A stretch of 62,737 bases of DNA, filler included. It is 9 parts of 9 records of this genome, joined end to end, with 100 filler letters (N's around TTAATTAATTAA, not from the genome) between each part and the next. Parts side by side here need not be neighbours in the genome. Positions count along the whole stretch, not along the records: positions 6,255 to 11,933 come from SRR20825010_380; positions 12,034 to 24,094 come from SRR20825010_383; 7 more parts are not named here. One strand, written 5' to 3'. Each line of letters opens with the position of its first letter. Within the stretch, counting starts at the first letter, position 1. Shown in pieces: positions 10,798 to 20,084 of this stretch. The translations under genes and the position numbers were made by a program. Under the pieces are notes generated by a model. It ran no database searches. It saw nothing but the letters and a program-made list of their open reading frames with translations, and was not told the DNA's origin.

Positions 10798-11799
10798 TTA
10801 CCAATCCCCCTTAATCGGGGAAGTTCCAGCAAAGTTGACTACTTTATCGCCATAGATTGGGTCGTAATAATGGCCGCCCTCTTTGAATTCTGGATTCCAT
10901 TTTTTAGAGCCATCGGCTTGAAGGGTGTACAAAAATGGAGAAAGCAACAGGCGCTCTAAATTCCAACGACCTTCGGCACCACTTGGGATTTCTTCGCCAT
11001 CACCATACACCATCAAACCACCTTCAGCAAATACTTCGTTTTCTGGGTTAATGTCCTTGTACTCATGACTTACATTAATCACCTTATGCCCTATTTCATG
11101 GGCCACAGTGCCTCTCAGCCTGTCCTCACGCTCTAAATTGGTAATGGTGATAATGCCACGTAAATCTTTAGGGATACTAGTAGTGTAAGAGTATGGCGGA
11201 AACGAAAGCCCACCCGTTCTCACCGATTTAGTCATCCAGTTTCTTCCTTCTGAAACATCTAAAAAAGGATAAAAAACTTCCTGCAAAACCGTCATATACA
11301 CCGTTCGGTGGTTGTCTGGGTGGGGTTCAATAAATGTACGAAAGGCCATTTCGGTTTCTGGGGTAAGCTCTGCGGGGTGACGCTGCATGTGCTGATAGGT
11401 ATTGGCATATTCTGTTTTTGGAATGCCCGGAGTTTTGTTCGCTTGCACGGAAAGATAGCGCGGATCAATATCGCCAGTTTTCACCCACAGTAAGTTGATT
11501 TGCACCCCCGTTGGGGCATAGATTTCTTTGGCCGCTTCAATACTGTACATCAATCTGTCTAGCGTTACTTTCTTAAAGGCTGTGTCTAAGTTGGAAGGAA
11601 AATATACCCCCAAATCCACTGTAAGCTTTCCTGGTTCTAAATCCGCATTGAAAGCTTCAATATCGATTCCATCTACTGCACGCCATTTTACGACTTCTAC
11701 TTTGGTTGAGGCATTTACATTGGCCTCTTCTGTTTTATTTTGTGGAGAAAAACAGCCGAAAAGGCATAGGATTAGTGAGATGCTTAGTGGTTTTTTCAT
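10798..11799 (-). CDS. Lipoprotein with a zinc-metalloprotease-like HExxH motif
   Basis: Lipobox LFGC; TVAHEIGHKVINVSH followed by a GGLM Met-turn-like segment. Confidence 0.65.
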   Translation of the reverse strand: MKKPLSISLILCLFGCFSPQNKTEEANVNASTKVEVVKWRAVDGIDIEAFNADLEPGKLTVDLGVYFPSNLDTAFKKVTLDRLMYSIEAAKEIYAPTGVQINLLWVKTGDIDPRYLSVQANKTPGIPKTEYANTYQHMQRHPAELTPETEMAFRTFIEPHPDNHRTVYMTVLQEVFYPFLDVSEGRNWMTKSVRTGGLSFPPYSYTTSIPKDLRGIITITNLEREDRLRGTVAHEIGHKVINVSHEYKDINPENEVFAEGGLMVYGDGEEIPSGAEGRWNLERLLLSPFLYTLQADGSKKWNPEFKEGGHYYDPIYGDKVVNFAGTSPIKGDW

Positions 11800-11933
11800 G
11801 GTTGATTCTAAAGTCTGTGTTGAAGAAACAACAATTTACTTATAACCACAATTCGCAGCTGTTGAATGGTAGGTTTAAATTGGCTAATTCTGGTCGTATC
11901 GAAACCCTTAAATCCGCAAGTCGTTAATAAAAC

Positions 11934-12033
11934 NNNNNNNNNNNNNNNNNNNNNNNNNNNNNNNNNNNNNNNNNNNNTTAATTAATTAANNNNNNNNNNN
12001 NNNNNNNNNNNNNNNNNNNNNNNNNNNNNNNNN
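11934..12033. other. Artificial contig spacer
   Basis: N44-TTAATTAATTAA-N44. Confidence 0.99.
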
Positions 12034-15000
12034 GGTGATGGTGATGTCTTGTTCCGTGCCGTCAACCGAGTTGATGGTGAGGGTGTCCCCAAGCGTGTCG
12101 CCCGCGGCTAGTGCCTGAACATCGGCGTTGCTTTCATCAAGGTCATAGGTCCATGCACCGCTTTCGTCGATATCGAGGTTGCCGTAGGTGCCCACAACAG
12201 ACATGCCGCTGATGGTATCGTCCCCAACGTGGGCCTCGCCTGTATCGGGGTCGGTGACATCAAGGTCACCGCCAAGCGTGTCGGTGTCTTCGTTCATCGT
12301 ACCGATGAGGTCGCCGTCAAATGTGGCTGTGTCGTTCACCGGGTCCACATTCACGGTGATGTCAGCACTGTCGGTTGCCGCATTGGTGTCAGAGTCTGTC
12401 ACCGTGACACGGATCACGCGGTTGCCGTCGGTTGGTGCATCATCAGACGCGTTGTCATACTGGATGGCACCAATCAGTTCCTGCACACGGGCGGGCGTCG
12501 CGTTCGAGTTGAGGGTGATGACAAGATCTTCGCTTGCGCCACCGGTGGAGCCTGCCTCGATCGTGCCGATAACGACGCTGTCGACGGTAACGGTTGAGCC
12601 CGCTGTCTGACCCGCAGACAGCGTTACCGTACCGGTATCAAGCACCAGCCGGTCATCGGCCGTTTGGCCAGACTGGAAATCAATCGTGATATTGCCGCCG
12701 TCGAAGTCGGTGGAATCGCCGTCCGTAAGCGTTACATCGCTGTCTACATCAAGGTCTGTGGCATCATCACCTTCTGTGAAGGTAAAGCTGTCACCGTCCA
12801 GGTTGCCAAGAACGGGCGGGTTTGGCGTTACGTTGATCGTGAAGTCCGCCGTGGTGTCCTGATCCCCGCTGTTTGCGGTGCCGTCGGCGTCGTTCAGCGT
12901 TAACGTGAAGGTGCGGGCGTCAATGCCTGAAGGGCCGCTGAAGTATAGGTTTTGCAGCAAGGTTTCGATGCGCGCTGAGGTCGCATTGGCGTTCAAGTTA
13001 ATGGTAAAATCGTTCCCGCCCTGACCGTCGTCGGTCACATCAACCGTACCGACCGAAACGCTTGATACCTGAATAGTTTCGCCTGCGCTGACAGTGCTGT
13101 CGCCGCCAGACGTAATGGTCGTTCCGTCTACCGACCAACTGCCATTTGTGGTGCCCGTGTTCTGCGCAATGGTCAGGAAACCACCATTAAAGTCGGCAGA
13201 ATCGACATTCGTGACGGTCGCATCGTCGAAGAGCGATACATTTTGTGCACTTGGGCCAACAATCACGTCCGAGCTGTCACTATCGACACCGGTGATAACC
13301 GGCGCATTGTTCACGGCCGTGAGCGAGACGGTCGATGTGATAGCTAATGCTGCGGTATCGTCGCCACCATTGTCGGTGCCGCCGCTGTCGGTCATTGAGG
13401 TGATGGTCACGACACGGTTAGCCCCGGTGGTGGGGTTGTCCGACGTATTCTCGTAACTGATGCCGTCAACAAGAACCTGTGTTGCAGCCGCTGACATCGT
13501 GCCGCCGCTTAGGGTAATGGTTGCGGTGCCTTCTGATACGCTGACCGAATAGGTCAGGCTGTTTGTGGCTGTCATGCCCTCTTGGCTATCATCCAGCGTA
13601 ACTGCGGTACCATCAATATTCAGTATTTCATTCTCTGTGTCGGAAACATTGGTAACCGTCAGGGTCAGGCCGGTGATAGTTTGGCCAGCCTCAACGGTCG
13701 ACGCTGCAACTGTATTGAACACATCCGAAGCAGAGCCGCCTTCCGTGAAGGTCGGATTACCGCCGGTGGCCGTGAGCGTTGGCTCATCATTCACACTGGT
13801 GATGGAAACTGTGGTTGAGCCCGTGTCCGTATCTGTGCCGTCGCTGAAGGACCAGTCAAGCTGCACACTGTCGCCCGGGTCATCGCTGGTGTTTTCATAC
13901 TGAATATGCTGGAGCACGTCGTTGACAAGCGACGTGGTGGCTGCCGTGGCGGCTGATGTGAACGTAATCGTGAGCGTACCGCCCGATACCGTGTAGGTGG
14001 CGAAGGTGTCCTCGTCCCCAAAAGTGTTGAGTGCACCTGCGCTTGCCGTGCCGGAGGTGACAAACGTGTTGCCACTCGTGTCGAAGCTGAAGCTGTCGTT
14101 TGCATTGGCGCCACCGTTTCGTGCGATGGTAAGCGTTGCGCCGCTGTAATAGCCGTTGCCACCATTGAGGGCGTCAAGCTCCACGTCTGCCAAAGCGACA
14201 TTGCCGTCAAGCACAACCGCCGCGCCGTCCTCGGTGAAGGATGGTGTGCCGTCAAGCCCGGTAAAGACAGGCTCGTCGTTCACGGCAGTGATGTCTAGGT
14301 TGATAGTGTCTAGTATGACATCGCCTGAACCATCATCGTCGTTGGCTGTCACGGTTATGGTCGCCGCGTCGTCTCCGTTGACGTTTTCCGCACCAGTGTA
14401 TTGGATCGCGTCAGTGTCATCGAGATAGCTGCTTAAGTCAGCGGCTGTGCCAACCAGCGAAATTGTTGTGCTGTTGACCAGTGTTTCCGTAACACCCGAG
14501 CCAACGCTCGCGCCGTCTGCCGGTGTGCTGAAGGTACCGCCGCTTGCCGTCAGTGTAACCGTGATGATGTCGCTGTCCGGGTCGTCAAAGGTAACGCCTG
14601 AGAGATCAACGGCGCTTTCCGTGTCTTCAAGCACTGTCACGTCATCTGGTATGCCGGTGGCCTCTGGGTCATCATTAACGGCTGCCACTGTCACCGTTGA
14701 ACTGAGGGAAAGTGTTGCCGTATCGTCCCCGCCGTTTGCTGTACCACCATTGTCGCTGAGACTTGTGATCGTTACAACGCGGTCGCCTTCGGTTGGGTTC
14801 TCGCTTGTGTTCTCGTAAGACAGGCCTTCCAGAATGTTCTGGCTTGCAGCCGGTGAACCGCTTGAATCAGTGAAGGTGATGGTGGCTGTGGTATCGCTGA
14901 CCGCCACGTTCACAGTGATCAACCCACCGTTTATGGTATCTGACGTGCCGTTCGTCAGGGCGAAGGCTTTGCCATCCGCGTTGATAATCTCATTCGCACC

Positions 15001-17250
15001 GTCAGTCACGTTGGTCACGGTGATGGTGTAGCTTGCAACACCGTCACCATCGACGGTGGAAAGCGCCACACTGCTGAACAGGTCAACCGCCGCACCATCT
15101 TCGGTGAAGGTGGGGTCTTCCCCTGTGGCCGTGAGCGTTGGCTCGTCATTCACGGCGTTGATGGTAATCGTGGCTTGCTCAGTCGCGCTTGAGAAAGCGG
15201 TGGTGTCCCCGTTTGTTGAGGTATCCGCCGTATTGCCCGCAGTGTCAGTGCTTTTATCCCATGCGCGGTAGGTGATGGTGGCGGTGCCATTATAGTCGGC
15301 GTCCGGCACAAAGCGGATCAATTGTGTGCTGCCCCCGGACAGCGTACCATCCAGCAATCGAGCTGCGCTGGAGATATCGACCGAGCTGCCTGTCGTGCCT
15401 GAAAAACTGGTCCAGTTTGAGCCGTTGTCGGTTGAATATTCCCAAATACCATTGGTGTTATCCACGTTGGTAACCGCAATGGCTTCAACCGCGCTGCCGT
15501 CCACATCGGTGATTGAACCATCGGTCACGAGGTCGGCAATGCTGGTGCCCGTGTTGTTGGCGTTGTTGGTGGCGTCATCGTCGCCATCGGCACCTGAGCC
15601 GTCGTCATCGCCTGCGTCTTCATTGATGGCTGTCAGTGTTGGTGCGCCTGAATTATCAAGCACCGGCGCGTCGTTTACAGCAGTTACGCTGACGCTGGCT
15701 GGTGAGGTGCTCGGGTCGGTGCTGTTGTCGCTGGCCCCTGCGTCGGTGATGTTGGTGATATCAAAGCTGCGGGCTGCTTCTGTGGGGGCATCGCTGTTGT
15801 TCTGGTAGGACATGCTGCCGATCAAGGTCCCGAAGGCGCTGTCATCCAAGCTCAGGCTGCTGAACGTTACGGTCGAGGTGCCGCCGCTGAAACTGACCGA
15901 ATAGCTGTAGCTGTTTGACGCTGTGGTGGCAGATCCGGTAGTGGTTGAAAGATCAATCGCCGTGCCGTCAATGTTCAAAATTTCGTTCGAGCCATCTGAA
16001 ACGTTGGTGACCTCCAGCGTAAAGCCGGTGAAATCCTGGCTGGTGTCTTCCGTACTTGCCGTAACGCCACTAAAAAGCGTGATGGCTGAGCCTTCTTCGG
16101 TGAAGCTGGTGTTCGCCGGGGTGAGGGAAAGGGTTGGTGTCGTGTCGGTTGGAACAGAAAAAACAATATTATCTATAGCAGCGTCAAAGCCACTATCGCT
16201 CACCGTAATCGTAAACCCTGTTATATCAGTCCAGTCCGCTGGGTTGACGACATCGGTCACGGAATTATCAAAAGAGCCAAAGGGCACATTAATAACGGAG
16301 GCACCCGACCCTCCTACGGGGGTATAGGTAAATGTTCCAGAGGCACTAGCAGAGGCGTCGCCGAAAATAAATTCAGTTACGTTAACTGCTGTATCAAAGG
16401 TAACGGTGATTTGGCTGACTGGGTCACCACCGCCGCCACCGGGGGCATGGAGCGTTTGGCCCGTTAAACCTTGAACGTTATATATGGAGCTGGCAATATT
16501 TGCCCCGGTAAACTCTACTGTAACTGTGACGCCATCAACAGTTTCCTGTGCCTGATTATCAGCGATTGAATCTGAACCGTTTGCAGTTCCAAGCGTCAAA
16601 TCTGTATCAAAATCGAAAGTGGGCAACGTGTGCGGGTAGGACGCCATCGCCACACCCGTGAACGGGGCTTTTGCACCAATATCCCACGAGCCGCCACGGA
16701 CCCGGGACCCAATGGGCTGCAACGAGGCATAGACGGTTGTGCCGGTCAGCGCCTGAAGCGTATCGAGGAAGGCTGTTCCCACAGCGCCCTTGGCAACCGA
16801 ACACGCCCAGAGCGCGATTTTTGCCCCAGCGCCGGTGATGTGTGTGAGGGTGGCGGAAAAGGCGTTGTCGGCACGAAGGTACGCGGTGTCGATGCGTTCA
16901 CCGCCTAATGTGAAGGCACCGGGTTCACCGTGGGTCAGGATATGGAGCGTGCTGTTGGGCGTCAATGTCTCAAGGCTTTGGGCTACATCTGCTAGCCTAC
17001 CGGCTTCCGCCCGTATCACGTGGGTGTCAGGGGCAAGACCTTCAAGCAGAATGTCCGCATCTTTAACCGATGCGTCTATAATCAAAAGGTTTCGCCCCGT
17101 CGTCAGGGCGTGGCGTGTGTCTAGGCTCATATCGGGGATAGCATCACTTGGGAGGTTGGAAGAGTGACCGCTGTTTGTGGCGTGGGTCGCCTTGGGTTCA
17201 ACCTCTTGGCGTTGCATGCCTTTATTAACAAAATTGGAATCGAATTTCAT
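12034..17250 (-). CDS. Giant repetitive surface adhesin: N-terminal DUF4347, tandem cadherin/Ig-like acidic repeats, start of a VCBS-type repeat; 3' truncated
   Basis: >1700 codons open; DUF4347 motifs IIDASVKD, LHILTHG, LWACSVA, RGGSWD; recurring (A/S)VND(E/A)P...FTE(D/G)G units; GTYGNLDIDESGAWTYDLD at the end; very T/D/S/G-rich. Confidence 0.88.
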
Positions 17251-17516
17251 TTGAATGGCCCTTACACATTAAAACACGCATTAGGTTTATTCGGTGGTTT
17301 CAAGTCAGATATTCCACCAATTAGCGATACTCACGCAACTATATCGCTAATCTTGAGCAACATATGAAACCAGAATGACGCTTGTCATGAGTATTGTGCA
17401 GGGAAATATTAAAAACAAGTAACTATGATAAAATTATAGCGTAATTTTATCCATTTAAAGAAAATTGGAAAACAAAAGCCCATTATTAAAATCAGCGCGA
17501 CGCGGCATCTAAATAA

Positions 17517-17563
17517 TTAACAAGAAATTAACTCGTATCGCGCTGTATTAACTTTTTGTTAAC
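17517..17563. promoter_or_regulatory. Two tandem CtrA-type boxes (TTAA-N7-TTAAC)
   Basis: TTAA-CAAGAAA-TTAAC at 17517-17532 and TTAA-CTTTTTG-TTAAC at 17548-17563, in the divergent promoter region. Confidence 0.6.
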
Positions 17564-17802
17564 ATCTTATGAAGGCGGCCCTGCATAGGAGGTCAGGGGT
17601 TTCACCCTAAGATATTGAGTTATTTGATCTAAATGAAAATCCTGCGATGACTAAAGACCCCTAAATACAATTTATGTATGTAATAATGCCCAAAATTCCC
17701 TGATAAATTACAAATATAAATTGACTCGTTTGGTCTCTTAACATTGAATATTGCTACTATCAGTTGCTATACCTTATTTTAATCTCGAGGGGGGGAATAC
17801 CT

Positions 17803-18432
17803 ATGGAAGGCTATTTAGGAGTCATCGAGGCACTTGGTTTCAGTTTCGTTCCACGTTACTTCGGTTCTTGTTCAGGCGGCTTGATTGCGATCAGCCAGAA
17901 CAGTGCTCTTTTCTCACTTCTGGGCACGCAGTTCGGTGGCGATGGCCGCGTTACCTTCGGCCTGCCGGATATGCGTGGCCGTATCCCGATGGGATTTGGG
18001 TCGGGTCCGGGCCTGCCACCATACATCATGGGCCAAAGGCCGGGCGCTGAAGAAGTGGTGCTCAACACCACCCACCTGCCCTCACACACCCACGCGCACA
18101 CCTATTCGGGTGGCGGCGGTGGCGGCATGGTGGTTGAGGTAGAGGTGGCCTCCAACAGTGGTGGCAAGAAACCGGTACCGGATGAAGGTGACTATATCGC
18201 GGGCCCGGGGAATGCCCTTGGTACAGTCCAGAACAACCTGTTCCTCGACCCAGCCGACGTGACAAGCACTGCGGCCATTGGCGGAGTTACTGTTGCGGGC
18301 GGCGGTGGCTTTGATCCGAACGCTTTCGCTATCCTGAGCAGTGGCCAGAACTATCCGTTTCCGATTGTTCAACCCAGCAACGTGGTCAACTTCTGTATCT
18401 GTATGCAGGGCCAGTTCCCGCAGCGCAGCTAA
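17803..18432 (+). CDS. Phage tail-collar domain protein (microcystin-dependent protein/MdpB-like), copy 1
   Basis: G-rich RBS then MEGYLGVI; ISQNSALFSLLGTQFGGDGRVTFGLPDMRGR collar signature; LPSHTH; C-terminal QPSNVVNFCICMQGQFPQR. Confidence 0.9.
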   Translation: MEGYLGVIEALGFSFVPRYFGSCSGGLIAISQNSALFSLLGTQFGGDGRVTFGLPDMRGRIPMGFGSGPGLPPYIMGQRPGAEEVVLNTTHLPSHTHAHTYSGGGGGGMVVEVEVASNSGGKKPVPDEGDYIAGPGNALGTVQNNLFLDPADVTSTAAIGGVTVAGGGGFDPNAFAILSSGQNYPFPIVQPSNVVNFCICMQGQFPQRS

Positions 18433-18477
18433 CTTCTGGGACTGAGTTTTTCCAGCCCTTACAAAAAGGAGGAAGCC

Positions 18478-18921
18478 ATGCTGGACAAGGTAACATCAAA
18501 GAATTTCAAGGATATCGTGGGGACAAATGCGGTGCTGACCATCATGGACGGCCCCGACGTGACCCTGAAGGTCGAGGAGGTTCTTGAAATCAAGGTCGGT
18601 AAGGATGATGACCGGCCCGGGGAGTGCCGCAAGAAGCCTTTCACTGTCATCCTGAGCGGCCCCAAAGGGCACCAGGCCAGGGATGGTTGTTACGCCGTGA
18701 GCTTCGAGAAGATCGGGCTTCTTGAGGGCGTTTTTGTGGACAACAGGTCCGACAATCCTGAAACGGAGGATTTCAACACCGAACAGGCCCAGAAGGCTGC
18801 AGCCGCCAAGAAGAAGGCGCCAGCGAAAGCCAAGAAAAAAACGGCCGAAAGCGCTGGTGATGATGTCGCACACGCAGCCCAGCCGGAAGCGGTTGTGCTT
18901 TATGAAATCAACTTCGGTTAA
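18478..18921 (+). CDS. DUF6916-like protein, copy 1, with a Lys/Ala-rich insertion
   Basis: F..IVG, RKKPFTVILSGP, G.Y.V.FEKIG, terminal LYEINFG; GGAGG RBS; tail-collar operon context. Confidence 0.7.
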   Translation: MLDKVTSKNFKDIVGTNAVLTIMDGPDVTLKVEEVLEIKVGKDDDRPGECRKKPFTVILSGPKGHQARDGCYAVSFEKIGLLEGVFVDNRSDNPETEDFNTEQAQKAAAAKKKAPAKAKKKTAESAGDDVAHAAQPEAVVLYEINFG

Positions 18922-18941
18922 CGGGCGGCAGGAGATTTATC

Positions 18942-19589
18942 ATGTTTGATCAATATATAGGTGTCATCAAGGCGCTTGGTTTCAACTTCGTGCCAGAAAG
19001 CTGGGGCTATTGCGGCGGTGCTTTGCTAGCCATCAATCAATTTGACGCGCTCTTCTCGCTGATTGGCTGCCGTTTTGGCGGAGATTGCCGGAGCTCGTTT
19101 GGCTTGCCGGACCTTCGGGGCCGTGCGCCCATGGGGCAAGGCGCCGGACCGGGGCTCACGCCGCGGGAGATGGGGGACACCCCCGGCCAGTATAAGGAAG
19201 TCCTCGCTTCCCAATATATGCCCTCGCACAAGCATTCCATCACCTACACCGGCGGTGGCTCTTCGGATATTCACACAAGCGCCCCTGTTACGGTGCGCGT
19301 TGCTTCCAGCAGCGGTGGCCAGAAGCCAGTGCCGGATGACGGCGATTATATCGCAGGGCCCGGCAATGCCTTAGGCACTGTCCAGAACAACCTGTTTCTG
19401 GCGCCAGCTGATGTGACGTCCAAGGTAGCCATCAGTGGCGTTTTTGTGGCCGGGAGTGGCGGCTTTGACAACAACGGGCTGAGCATCGAGCCAACGCCCG
19501 TGCCGACGTCGGCGGTCATTTTGGTACAGCCGAGCCAGGCGGTGAACTATAACATCTGCATGGAAGGCCTCTATCCTTCACGCAGTTAG
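18942..19589 (+). CDS. Phage tail-collar domain protein (MdpB-like), copy 2
   Basis: MFDQYIGVI, INQFDALFSLIG..FGGD..SSFGLPDLRGR, MPSHKH, QPSQAVNYNICMEGLYPSR; paralogue of 17803-18432. Confidence 0.9.
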   Translation: MFDQYIGVIKALGFNFVPESWGYCGGALLAINQFDALFSLIGCRFGGDCRSSFGLPDLRGRAPMGQGAGPGLTPREMGDTPGQYKEVLASQYMPSHKHSITYTGGGSSDIHTSAPVTVRVASSSGGQKPVPDDGDYIAGPGNALGTVQNNLFLAPADVTSKVAISGVFVAGSGGFDNNGLSIEPTPVPTSAVILVQPSQAVNYNICMEGLYPSRS

Positions 19590-19695
19590 GCAAGGCGAAA
19601 AAAGACACCGGGTGCCGCGTGTGCGCGGCGCCCAACCCGCGCCGTCTGTTTTGCGGAGAGGCGGGCAGGAGTAGAAAATAGTGTGGGAGACAATC

Positions 19696-20046
19696 ATGAT
19701 CGATAACGCAGCAACCGCTCTTCCGGTCGGTGACCTGACATCGCAGCTTTTTAGCGGCGGTGTGGACACCGCCTTCAGTTTTGTTGCCGGTGACCTGGCG
19801 ATGCCGGTACAGCTGATGGAATGCAAGGAAAAGCCAGATTCTGCAGGGCCAGACAGCACCCGCACACCGTTTTTGCTGGTGTTCCGGGCCGATGTGGACG
19901 AGGGCCACCTGATGCAGCAGGCGGTTGAGTTCCACGGTAGCATTCAGGGGCTTGAAGACGGCTCGGTAGACGGCTTGCTTATTCACCGCATGCTCAGGCC
20001 TATGAACATGCCGGAAGGGGCTTACTATCAGGTCATTTTTAACTAA
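19696..20046 (+). CDS. DUF6916-like protein, copy 2
   Basis: GGGAGA RBS before ATG 19696; RTPFLLVFRA and terminal YYQVIFN. Confidence 0.7.
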   Translation: MIDNAATALPVGDLTSQLFSGGVDTAFSFVAGDLAMPVQLMECKEKPDSAGPDSTRTPFLLVFRADVDEGHLMQQAVEFHGSIQGLEDGSVDGLLIHRMLRPMNMPEGAYYQVIFN

Positions 20047-20084
20047 CCCCGCCAACAGATATACAGAGATTACGGAGGCAAAGC

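Noticed and set aside
17803-19589. Prophage, tailocin or GTA call from the tail-collar genes
   Set aside because: No other phage structural, packaging, lysis or integration gene is on the contig
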